Positions 52,721 through 63,317 of a stretch of DNA of 64,000 nt are shown here, piece by piece. Under the pieces are notes generated by a model that was not told where the DNA came from, did not search any database, and was given only the letters and a program-made list of their open reading frames with translations. Made by a program: the position numbers and the translations under genes. The stretch is from the NCBI RefSeq assembly GCF_963921235.1, contig NC_086097.1, positions 187,614,001-187,678,000 of the forward strand, read 5' to 3'. Position 1 is the first letter of the stretch; each line of letters starts with the position of its first letter. The DNA comes from Mobula hypostoma (taxonomy: Eukaryota).

Positions 52721-53245
52721 GCCCATTTGCTTAGCCACAATTTCCGTTTGTTCACAACTGGGGGTCATATCTTCAACACCCTCAACCCTAAACTCTAGAA
52801 TTCATTCTCCAGATCTCCCTATCCCTATCTCTACATTACCATTATCTCTCTATCCTCTCAATGTCCTTCTCTGCACTGCCATTACCTCTCGTTCTTCATC
52901 TCATACCTCTAAATATAACCATGTTAAATTTCATTTCACAACACTCCAAGAAGTGCCTTGTGATGAATTTTTATTGTATCAGTCCAAGTTATAATTATAT
53001 TTTAAAGTTCTGTGTGTATCCATATAACACTAAACAGTTATTTAACACTAACAATAACAGCTGTCTGTTGTTTTACCCACAATGTATTGGATTGATTAGT
53101 TAATAATTATTCCATTTAGCCTTATCAGCTCTCATCTCCAATTGATTGACACATTCTGCGCATTTAGTAATGATTGACAAGTTGCCATTTCAGATCATTG
53201 TTACTGTTGGAAGTCTGATATTATCAATGAAACATCTCTCCAGGA

Positions 53246-53633
53246 AATCAGAATCAGAGTCAGGTTTATTATCACTGACATGTGAAATTTGCTCTTTTGC
53301 AGCATTGTAAGACCTTAAAATTACTATAAGTTACAAAAATAAATAAGTAGCACAAAAGATAAATGAGGAGATAGTTCATGGCCCGTTCAGAAGTTTGTTG
53401 GTGGAGGGGAAGAAAATGTTCTTAAAATGTTGAGTGCGGGTCTTCAGGTTCCTGTACATTCTCCCCTATGACAAAGATGGCATGTCTTGGATGGTGAGGG
53501 TCTTTAGTAATGGGTGGCACTTTCTTGAGGTGTCACCTTAGAAGATATCCTCAATGGTGGGGAGATCAGTGCCAGTGAGGAAACACGATGAGTCTACAAC
53601 CTCTGCAGCCTCTGTGAACCTCTGCATTGGAGA
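53246..53633 (-). mobile_element. Rex1/Babar-type LINE 3' fragment
   Basis: AATCAGAATCAGAGTCAGGTTTATT tail; homologous to 11151-11841. Confidence 0.8.
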
Positions 53634-54275
53634 GACGGTCATATACTTTATCATGAGTTCAAAATTAAATAGGCCGAATTGTTGCTCTCTTTTCACTGAC
53701 TACTACCAACATCTATGAATTATTTAGGTCTTTAATTGCAAAACATCAGTTTTCATTAGCCCACAAAATATATTTGCCAATTTAAGCACAATTGCACATA
53801 TCGTGACTTCCAGTTTGCTAATTTAAACCCTAACTATTAATTTACACCAGCTTGGTTCAAGAAACATGATCAAGTTTTTTTTTTCTTGCATCTGACCACT
53901 TGTTAAGTTATAAACACAAGAGATTTTTCAGATACTGGAAATCCAGAGTCACACACAGAAAATGCTGGAGGAACTCAGCAAGTCAGGGGCATCTATGGAA
54001 ATGAATAAACAGTTAGTGTTTTGGGCTAAAGACCCTTCTTCAGGACTGGAAAGGGAGGGTGAAGAACCAGAATAAAAATGTGGAGGAAGGGGAAGGAGGA
54101 TTAACTAGAAGAGGTCAGTGAAGGATTGGAGTAAAGGATTGGAGAAGAAGGAATCTGATAGGAGAGGAGAAAGAGAAGAAGGAGAGACACCTTTAGGAGG
54201 TGATAGATAGGTGAGAATAGGAGATAAAAGGCCAGAGTAGGGAATAGAAGAAGAGGGAAGGGGGATGGGGAAAAT

Positions 54276-54434
54276 TTACCAGAAGGAGAAATTGATGTTC
54301 GTGCCACCAAGTTAGAAGCTACCTAGGTGGAATATGAGGTGTTGCTCCTCCAACCTGAAAGTGGCCTCATCATGGCAAGGGAGGAGGCCATGGATTGTCA
54401 TGTTGGAATGGGAATAGGAATTATAATGGTTGGC
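54276..54434 (-). pseudogene. Penelope GIY-YIG endonuclease C-terminal remnant
   Basis: Manual translation ANHYNSYSHSNMTIHGLLPCHDEATFRLEEQHLIFHLGSF*LGGTNINFSFW* fits the HF..H / E..I..L...P.G.N pattern. Confidence 0.8.
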
Positions 54435-54692
54435 CTCTAGGAAATTCCACTTTTGGCAGATGGAGTGTCCATCCTTCTATTCCCCTCTGACTATTTCTTC
54501 TCACCTGACTATCACCTCCCCCTTGTGTCCAGCTTTCTTCCCATTCTCTCATGGTGTACTCTCCTCTCGTGTCAGATTCCTTCTTCTACAGCCCTCTACC
54601 TCTCAACCCACCTGGCTTCATCTGTCACTTTCTAGCTCGTCCTTCCTCTGCTTGCCCCACCTTCTAATTCTGTCATATTCCCCCTTCCTTTC

Positions 54693-54730
54693 CAGTGCTG
54701 AAGAAGGGTCTCGGCCTGAAATGTCAACTG
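54693..54730 (+). ncRNA. Minimal type I hammerhead ribozyme motif (best-preserved copy)
   Basis: cagtg-CTGAAGA(54698-54704)-a-GGGT ctcg GCCT-GAAA(54718-54721)-tg-TC-aactg. Core boxes are intact; predicted cut after 54725. Confidence 0.65.
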
Positions 54731-54928
54731 TTCATTCAGTTCTGTAGATACTGCTTGACTACTTGACTGCTTAAGCATAATATGCTGTATGTATACTACT
54801 GCTCCAGTTGCTTATGATAGTAACATTTGTTAAATAGCAATGCTCTCACTAATCACAGTTACATATTGCCATGTGCCCGCAATATGATAACGTGGTAGAA
54901 CCTAATTACGTGGAAGACATTAGTTACT

Positions 54929-55152
54929 ATAGACCATAAGACAAAGGAGCAGAAGTCGGCCATTCGGCCCATCGAGTCTGCTCCGCCATTTTATCATGTG
55001 CTGATCCATTCTCCCATTTAGTCCCACTCCCCCACCTTCTCACCATAACCTTTGATGCCCTGGCTACTCAGATACCTATCAATCTCTGCCTTAAATACAC
55101 CCAATGACTTGACCTCCACTGCCGCCCATGGCAACAAATTCCATAGATTCAA
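54929..55152 (-). mobile_element. CR1 3' end, same young subfamily as 16493-19507
   Basis: Nearly identical to 16497-16720 (AGACCATAAGACAAAGGAGCAGAAGT..CAAATTCCATAGATTCA). Confidence 0.93.
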
Positions 55153-55360
55153 CAAGGTTACTGTCTGTTAAAAGATCTTGGCTTTGTTGAAGTGATAGTG
55201 AAACCCTGCTTAACTACAAACCTATTTTAACCTTGTTTTATTTTTCACATGTATGAAGTTCATTTATCATTTATTTTAGTCCAATGAAGATGAAGAACGC
55301 ACATAAATATTTTCCTCATTTTGAACCAAATACTGAATTCAGAACTTTGCTTGTTAAAAA

Positions 55361-55590
55361 TTCAAAGTGAAAAGTAAATTTATTATCAAAGTACATATAT
55401 GGCATTATACACCATCCTGAGATTCATTTTCTTGCAGGCAATTCACAGTAGATACAAAGAAACACAACGAATCAATGAAAGATGGACAAACAACCAATGT
55501 GCAAAACAGGACAACTGTGTAAATACAAAAAAACTGACAATAAATAAATAAATCATATTGAGAACAAGAGTTGTAGAGTCCTTGAAAGTG
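55361..55590 (-). mobile_element. Rex1/Babar-type 3' UTR fragment
   Basis: Homologous to 26420-26675. Confidence 0.75.
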
Positions 55591-56017
55591 TTACCTGCCA
55601 CAGTAAACAAATATAACATGATCTTATTTAGGGGAATGATAGATTGCCACACTGGTTGATTGTGATTTTTATCATTGTAGAAAATTTTTGATAGATTAAT
55701 CTGACGCCAAGAAGTTACAACAATCTTGTGACAGTATTTAATAGCAGATTATTATTTTTCATTACTTTGTGTGCTATAGAGTTGCCATTTTGAATGAAAA
55801 TCTATATATACCTGATTTGAGTGATGAGAAGAATAAACTCATTAAAATTCTAATTTTAAATGACATAATTTACTGTTATTTACAAGGAGTAATGTTCACT
55901 TTTAATAATACAAACAAACACAGAACATACTCTTTAGAGTTAAAGGTAAAAATGAATGTCTAATGTACATACAGGGTATAACTTTAGAAGCCAGCACAGG
56001 CATTTGCATAATGAGTA

Positions 56018-56182
56018 ATACATACAAAATGCTGGAGGAACTCAGCAGGACTGATGAACCGTCTTGGCCCAAAACGTCAACTGCTTATTCATTTCCATAG
56101 ATACTGCCTGACCTGCTGAGTTCCTCCAGCATTTAGTATGTGTTACTCTGGATTTCCAGCATCTGCAGAATCTCCTGCGTTT
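56018..56182. mobile_element. Penelope-derived fold-back with hammerhead-like motif (56051-56084)
   Basis: CTGATGA-a-ccgtcttggccc-AAAA-cg-TC-aactg between inverted arms. The GAAA box is mutated. Confidence 0.8.
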
Positions 56183-56503
56183 ATATTTGCATAATGAAGT
56201 GCCCTTTTTCTGTCAGTTTACTCCATTTTCATCCTGAACTGCCATCATAATTTAGAAATTAGAATTAGCTGATTTTAATGAATTACCAATGAAAACCTTC
56301 AAATATGAGAAAAGGAGTACAAAATAAATAGATCCAAAATAAAACAGGTCTTCTTCAAAGTTTAAATACTCTGGGTAAACAGAAAGATCAAAGCAATACT
56401 GAAATGTAAGAGTGAGAAAAAGCGAAAATAGATGGAGAGGAGTGAGAGATGTAATAAACTTTGGGCTGGCATTGCTATTGATAATAAGAAGTATGTAAAG
56501 TGC

Positions 56504-56851
56504 ATTAGATTAGATTAGATCAGATTCAACTTTATTGTCATTGTGCCGAGTACAGATACAAAGCCGATGAAATGCAGTTAGCATCTGACCAGAAATGCAA
56601 AGAATAGTGTTATTTACAAAATAACTGTGAATAAAAAAAGTGCTACAGCACACAAATATTAAAGTACTGAGACAGTACAATATGGGTGCAATACTGTTTA
56701 GCGCTGTGATGTGAGGTTCAGCAGTGTCACAGCCTCAGGGAAGAAACTCTTCCTGTGCCTGCTGGTGCGGGAGCGGAGGCTCCTGTAGCGCCTACCGGAT
56801 GGGAGGAGAGAAAAAAGTCCATGGTTAGGGTGAGATGCATCCCTGATAATG
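56504..56851 (-). mobile_element. Rex1/Babar-type LINE 3' end with (TCTAA)n tail
   Basis: ATTAGATTAGATTAGATCAGATTCAACTTTATTG tail. The minus strand encodes IIRDASHPNHGLFSLLPSGRRYRSLRSRTSR. Confidence 0.85.
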
Positions 56852-57050
56852 TAAAAGAGTAACATAACTGAAAGGAATTACAGATAAAGGTTGTAGTGGA
56901 TAAAATAAAATAAATCAGAGGAGCTCTTAAAACTGGAAAAAGAAACGATTAAAGAGAAAATACAGTTTATAAACAATAGAAAAATGACATAAATATTGAA
57001 GACAGAACCATGGCCAGTGCACTAGATAGATGATTTGTGTAGTTTTCATA

Positions 57051-57672
57051 CGAGGGGTGATTGATAAGTTCATGGTCTAAGGTAGAAGGCATCAATTTTA
57101 GAAAACCTAGCACATTTATTTTTCAACATAGTCCCCTCCTACATGTACACACTTAGTCTAGCGGTCGTGGAGCATACAGATCCTTTCTTTGTAGAAGTGG
57201 TCCACAGCAGGGGTGATTGATAAGTTCGTGGCCTAAGGTAGAAGGAGCTGAGTTATTAACTTCAAACTTTCTGCATTGTCATTCAAAGAGTTGAACTGCA
57301 TGTACATGCAACAAGAGCGTCTTGGACCTCCAGGTGGTCTACAGCAGGGGTGATTGATAAGTTCGTGGCCTAAGGCAGGAGGAGATGAGTTATACAGCTC
57401 CTGTTACATGCACGTGCAGTTCAACTCATTGAGTGAAAATGCAGAAAGTTTGAAGTTTCTCCTCATCTCCTTCTACTCCAGGCCACGAACTTATCAATCA
57501 CCCCTGCTGTGGACCACTTTTGGAGGTTCAAGACGCTGACTTCTACAAAGAAGGGATCTGTATGCTCCACAACTGCTGGATTAAGTGTGTAAATGTAGGA
57601 AAAATAAATGTGCTAGATTTTCTAAAACTGACTCCTTTTACCTTAGGCCACGAACTTATCAATCACCCCTCG
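57051..57672. mobile_element. Mariner-derived MITE with TA target duplication and internal TIR copies
   Basis: TA|CGAGGGGTGATTGATAAGTTC ... GAACTTATCAATCACCCCTCG|TA. Both arms encode a mariner transposase C-terminus (FYKEGICMLHNCWIKCVNVG and FYKERICMLHDR*TKCVHVGGDYVEK*). Confidence 0.92.
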
Positions 57673-58168
57673 TATAAATCATGGGAGAAATCACAACAGA
57701 GGAGCACCAAAGGAAAATATAGAGATTTTTAGTTATTTTGTCAATTAATGGGGTATGGGTTTAGTGCAGAAAAATCCATCTGAAGTAAAACACGAGCCAT
57801 AGCTTTATTGACTAAGAAGGTAAAAGACTTTAATTGCTTATTCCTGCTAATACCTCTTACGTTCAGAGGTAACTGACAATCTGAATTCAATGTGGATTAC
57901 TCCCAGGGCCCTGATGATACTTAGCCAAGACTGTTTTTAGTGGGAAGAAAACTGCCAATCCTAATGACTTGAGTTCAGCCTCACGCCTCGTGTGATTACA
58001 TGAAGTGTCTTGGAGATGGTGATTTAATGTAAGATGCAAGGGGTCATCCTTACTAGCCAAAAAGAATGACAATTAACCCTTTCTTTTCCTTTCTACTCCC
58101 AGCAAATGTCAACATATTTGCACGTGTGTAGTCTTTGTCAATTTTTGTTCAATGCTGTGTATGAATAC

Positions 58169-58377
58169 AGGGTCCGACTGGTAGTGGAATCAGCACTGGA
58201 CTTCAAGGCAGATGGTCCTGAGTCCAAACCCAGCCAGGTCGCAACCTGGGCAGCAGTGGTATCTCTGTGGAACAAAGGCCTGGAAATCTGCTTCTGTATC
58301 TTGCCATGAAAACCCCCTGGTCCCTATGGTCCATGAGGTCACAAAGAGTCAGACTCGACTTAACAACTGAACAACAA
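58169..58377 (+). mobile_element. tRNA-derived SINE with BovB/RTE-like 3' tail
   Basis: Decayed A/B boxes (TGGTAGTGG, GAGTCCAAACC). Tail GTCCATGAGGTCACAAAGAGTCAGACTCGACTTAACAACTGAACAACAA. Flanks TGTATGAATAC / TGTATAAATTC. Confidence 0.8.
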
Positions 58378-58704
58378 TGTATAAATTCTTGATGGTACTG
58401 CAAGCCTGTGGCATTCCTATACTTCATTAGTTTTGCACTGCAAAAATCCAAATCAATGAACTTTCATTAAAGTTGTAATTACTTTCAAATAAATTCAGTA
58501 CAGACTTTCACAAATGTGCTATGATCCAATGCCTAAACCAGTACCTGTTCAAATAACCATTAGTTTTGAACCCTCTGTAGGAATGTCAGCTGAGCATCCA
58601 GCAGGAATGTGGCAGACATGTACAAATACGCTTCCACAATATGGCTTCTTGTGGGATGCTTCAATACCAGCCCAGAGCTATCAAACTCTCTTCATATGAC
58701 AAAC

Positions 58705-59178
58705 CATTCAAGTGATTCCAGGATTGTACGGCTTGTCATACGAAGAGCGTTTGATGGCTCTGGGCCTGTATTCACTAGAATTCAGAAGAATGAGGGGAGA
58801 TCTAATTGAAATCTGTCAAATATTAAAAGGCCTCGATACTGTGGATATGGAGGGGTTGCTTCCTAAGGTGGAAGAGTCTAGGACCAGAGGACAGGGCCTC
58901 AGAATAGAGAGGTGTCCTTTTAGAACAGAGGTGAGGAGGAATTTCTATAGCTAAGCAGTGTTGAATCTGTGGAATTCTTTGCCACAGGTGGCAGTGAAGG
59001 CCAAGTCTTTATGTATATTTAAGGCAGAGGTTGATAGATTCATGATTAGTCAGGGAATGAAGGAATATGGGAAGAGGGCAGGAGATTGGAGATAAGAGGA
59101 CAATGGATCAGCCATGATGAAATGGCGGAGCAGACTCGATAGGACAAATGGCCTAATTCTGCTCCTTATATCTTATGG
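58705..59178 (+). mobile_element. CR1 3' fragment
   Basis: ORF 58712-58954 MIPGLYGLSYEERLMALGLYSLEFRRMRGDL; TCTTATGG tail. Confidence 0.92.
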
Positions 59179-60189
59179 CCGAAGTTCTTTCTAGCCTGCA
59201 TTCAGCACTGAGGTTGCAATGCCAAGTGCAAATTAGAAGGTGACAATGCTTATAAGTTCTGTCATTACCTTTGCTCCGCATCAGTTTTCACACAGTTGGC
59301 TGCTGTGTTCATTTCCTTTCCACTAATTCATAGTTCACTCCAATGCAAAACACTCCATTCTGCTTAAATTAATTTGTACAAGGACAACATCATTCATTAC
59401 TTAAGACTGTGCCACTTTGGCAGTTTCAAATTAATTGAAACAGATTCAGGCTGAAATATCTGACTCGGGTGACAATGTCATCAGTGATGGATATGTCTTT
59501 TTGGACGTTTCTGTCTGAGCCCATCTCATCCAAGGCTACAATGTGGAGTTCCTATAGGTTTGGGTAAATACTTTAGTCACTAGTCACAAGTGGCTTAGTA
59601 GTGCCAGTGTGTGCTTTTGAGTTTTAATCCTTTCTTTTCCCAACAAATTATAATTCACTAGTTGTGGTTGCTTTACTTGCAAGATGTCAGGACCTAATCA
59701 TGCCTCATAAAAAGATTAGGAGTAGGCCATTCTGCCCCTCATGCCTGTTCCTCTACTAAGTAAGATCAAGTGATATCAGTTTCAGTGCTACTTTCCCACA
59801 GTAACCCAACTTCACCTGTTTCCCTCAATATTCAAAATCGTCTGAATAAAATATTCTCAGTAACTGAGCTCCTACAGCCCACTGAGTCCACAAGAGCCAT
59901 CCTGAACTAATTGCATTTTTTAAAATTCTGTCCAACTCATCAGCTACCCATAGTCTGCCATTCACTTGTTCATGAGAAGCAATTTGCGGTGTCCATTGAA
60001 ACTACCAATTGCTGTAGCCACTGAACCTACCAATTAACATACTAATTTGTGACTGTAATGATAAAGGAAACTGGAGCCCTCGGAGGAAATCCATCTGGTC
60101 AATTGGAATGGGTAAAACTCAAAACATATCAGCTATTTCTAGATATGTTTCCATTGGGAGAAGTAGGTGAATATTTGGTCATTCTATAA

Positions 60190-60650
60190 AAACCTAAGAA
60201 CTAGAAGCAAAAGTTGATCATTCGGCCTGTTCTGCTATTTATAAAATCACAGCTGCTCTTTTTTGCTTGATAAACCTTCTTACACCACACTATGTTCCTC
60301 AATACCCTTTATTTATGAACATCTGTTCATCTGTCTTGAATAACCTCCAGGACTGAGCCTCCACCATTCTCTTGTGTAAAGAATTCCAAAGGTTCTCTTG
60401 GGTGCAGAATGTTTTTTTTTTCATCTCCATCTCAAAGAAGTGACTCGTATTTTCAGGATGTGATTCCTGGTTCTACACACTCGAACCAAGGGAATCATCT
60501 ACTGCACATCTATTCCTCAAGCCCTTAGGAGTTCGTACATCTCCTCTCTCAAATTATTCTTAACAGAAAATTCGACAGGTCTGGTTTCTGTAATCTTCTT
60601 TCATACAACAAACCTGCCATACCAGAAATCTATTTGCTGAACCTTCCCTC
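60190..60650 (-). mobile_element. Old CR1 3' fragment
   Basis: AACCTAAGAACTAGAAGCAAAAGT tail, GAATTCCAAAGGTTC and AGAAATCTATTTGCTGAACC. Confidence 0.6.
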
Positions 60651-61656
60651 CCTCTTTTGCAGTAAGAGAGGCCCAAAGGGAAGTAATGACAGTCTAGTAA
60701 TAAATCTCAGCCTCTTTTTTTTCTGTCATTTTCACCTGAGAAATGAGTAATGCTATGATACAAAGCAGAGGAAAATCTGATTTATTTTAATCATTTAAGC
60801 AGATCAGTAGAGCTCTTCATAAAAATGTTGTTACAACTTTGTGAAAATGTTTAACAGTGTAATTAGGTCACTAAATCTTATAATTGAGTTAGTTAAATTT
60901 GATGATGAGTTAACATCAATTACGTTGAATAATAATTAGTTGTAATCATAACTGGAGTTTCATCGTAAAACATATTGTATTAATAAAGTTGGACTATGTC
61001 CTTTGATGTGTGAAATCTGTTCCCTTATTTTGTTTTGCTGGCAGCTATTTATCTTTTAATGCCAATTTCCTATGCTTGCTTTAAGCCTGTTACATCTTCC
61101 TTAACTAAGTAATTTCAATTTTGCCTAAAGAATGATTTTCTGAGCTTGGCCTTGAATCTGATTTTAAGATTTTGCTGAAACACTCAGCAGCTCAGGAACC
61201 TACCGAGGGAAGAGACAAGTCATTTCATCTCTCCATGGACACTTTTAAGTTTCCAAAATTTTTTTGCATTTTTCTGAGATTTCCAGTTTGCCCACTACTC
61301 TCTCGTTTTGTATGAACCATGTTCAGCATTGCTATTTTAACATTCAGTGCTAATTTTTACAGAAATTGATAAAGATCATTGATGAGAGCAGTGCAGCTGA
61401 TGCTGTTTGTATGGACTTGAGTAAAGCATTTAACAAAGTCATTTATGGAAGGCAGCTCCAGAGGATTAAGTCACATGGGATCTATGATGAGATGCCAAAC
61501 TGGATGCAAAGTTGGTTTGGTCTTAGAGGACAGGGGTTCATGACAGAGTATGTTTTTTGACTGGAGGTCTGCAACCACTGGTGTTCTGCAAGAATTAGAG
61601 CTGAGACCTGTCTTTTTATATATATAGGGCGAAAATGTGAGCAGCCTTGTAGGTAA

Positions 61657-61920
61657 GGTCAGCTGGTGGCGCGGTGAGATTTGCGCTGGGCTCAAGAATG
61701 AAGGTTCCCAAGTTCGTTCCAGTGACAGACTGCTGGGTCTGTCCAGTTCCAGTCTCCATCCGCGCCGGGTTGATGTCGACCTCGCAACTCGGCCTCGTAA
61801 AATAATACAGTGAAATGTCTGTGTGAAGAGTGGCACCCCACACAACCTTTCAAACTGCGCCTTGTAAGGCATGAAAATGCCCGACGCTGGCCTCTCAGGT
61901 CTGAGTCGATGTCATCATCA
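61657..61920 (+). mobile_element. tRNA-derived SINE with (CAT)n RTE-type tail
   Basis: Box A TGGCGCGGTGA (61667), box B GTTCGTTCC (61712) and GTCATCATCA end. Flanks TTGTAGGTAA / TTATAAGTAA. Confidence 0.8.
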
Positions 61921-61937
61921 TTATAAGTAAATTTGCA

Positions 61938-62052
61938 GGTGGGAGGGATATGGAGGGATATAGTGAACATATGGGCTGATGGAACTAGGCAAAGTAACAT
62001 TTGGACATGTCTAGATGAGCCAAAGAGCCTGTTTCTGTGCTGTAGTGTTCTG
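61938..62052 (+). mobile_element. Separate CR1 3' UTR fragment inserted at the host FADD motif
   Basis: ATGGAGGGATATAG..GCCAAAGAGCCTGTTTCTGTGCTGTAGTGTTCTGTGACTCTG. The host reads TTTGCAG|GTGATAAGAAAATTG across it. Confidence 0.7.
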
Positions 62053-62561
62053 TGACTCTGTCTGTGATAAGAAAATTGCTGGAGTTGTATATCATGAAGA
62101 AGGTTGTCAACCAATACAGCAGGATAAAGGTCAGATGGAAGTTTTGAGCAGAGAAATGACAGATGAAGTTTATTCCAGTCAAGTGTGAAGTGATACATTT
62201 TTGAGTGGTCAAATACATAAGGAAAGTATATGGTAAATGTCATGACAGAGGGATCTTGGAGTACAAGCTTCTTCAAGTAGTGGTAAAGAAGGCATATAGC
62301 ATGCTTAACTCATCATTGGGGGCATTGAGCATAAAAGTTGTGAAATTATGTTTAGCCAATTTTGGCTGAATCACGCTTAGAGTACTGTATGCAGTGCTGG
62401 TCACCACACCATTGAAAGGATGTGCAGGTTTTGGAAGAGGGTGCAATAGAGGTTCAACAGAATGTTGCCTGGATTGAAGTACAATAGTTAAAAAGAAAGG
62501 ATGGACAAATTTGGATTGATTACACTAGTGTCAGAGCCTTAGGGACAATCTAATAGGAATG

Positions 62562-63017
62562 CAGTGGATTCCGGTTAATTGGGCCATCGGTTAATCAGAG
62601 CAGCTGCTTTTTTGGGACAGCTCTTAAAGGCTAAAAGCTAAATTGAGAAGATAGCCAGAATTCCCTTCGATTGTTTGGGACATAGTGCCACTTAATTGGG
62701 GTAGGAGACTGTTGAAAACAATTTCTAACTAGCGTCAGTCACCTGAACTTGCGAGGCTGTTTGACACTACACCAAGCTTAGAGCAACCAGTTTTTAAATA
62801 GTGTCGGGTACGTGTGTGTGCGTATTCAAAAAGCAATGATTTGTGTTACTGACAGTTGGCAAGCAATAAACAGTAAGACAATTCAGAACTGTTTTGCTCA
62901 CTGTAGTTTCAAGCATTCAGGCTTGGAGATGCCAGAAACGGCCAGGAGTGAAAATGAAACTATTTCGCTACTTCAACAAGTTAGAAGTTACAAAGGTATC
63001 GACAATCATCTTGAATG
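62562..63017 (+). mobile_element. Non-autonomous Tigger/pogo-type transposon, copy 3, with transposase C-terminal remnant
   Basis: CAGTGGATTCCGGTTAATTGGG terminus. ORF 62812-63039 has DSWQAINSKTIQNCFAHCSF, the pogo W...TI.NCF motif. Confidence 0.85.
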
Positions 63018-63094
63018 TCAGAATCAGGATCAGGTTTAATATCACCAGCATATGTTGTGAAATTTGTTAACAGTGGCAGCAGTACAATGCAATG
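63018..63094 (-). mobile_element. Rex1/Babar-type 3' tail
   Basis: TCAGAATCAGGATCAGGTTTAATATCACCAGCATATG..GCAGTACAATGCAAT, matching 37098-37180. Confidence 0.85.
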
Positions 63095-63317
63095 CAGATT
63101 GACCTTCTCTAATCGGACTACCTGTAATCCGGTTCCTTCAATAATCCACACTGATTTCAAATTCTCTGCACGACTGTAATTTCAACTTTTCCGGGCCACC
63201 GTACCAATCTGCTGTGCATGGTTTTGGTTGCGCTAGATCTGATCACATGTTGGCACACTCTTGTAAGCACAGACAGGTGATTCCTGCTTGTTTTTCTGCA
63301 TTTATTAATATCATTTG

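Larger units (their letters stand above)
53913..54765 (-). mobile_element. Penelope-like retroelement 3' end: GIY-YIG C-terminus plus inverted pseudo-LTR
   Basis: The purine-rich arm 53913-54275 is mirrored by a pyrimidine-rich arm 54475-54765. Endonuclease remnant lies between them, and both arms carry hammerhead-like motifs. Confidence 0.85.
61350..62560 (+). mobile_element. Old CR1 RT fragment carrying several nested insertions
   Basis: ORF 61366-61560 IDESSAADAVCMDLSKAFNKV..IKSHGI. Continues after 62052 with TAGAGTACTGTATGCAGTGCTGGTCACCA. Confidence 0.85.

Noticed and set aside
57051..57672. Recurrent ~35-bp repeat with spacers, superficially CRISPR-like
   Set aside because: Repeats occur in both orientations, the spacers are long inverted copies of each other, there is a TA TSD and transposase remnants, and the context is eukaryotic with no cas genes.
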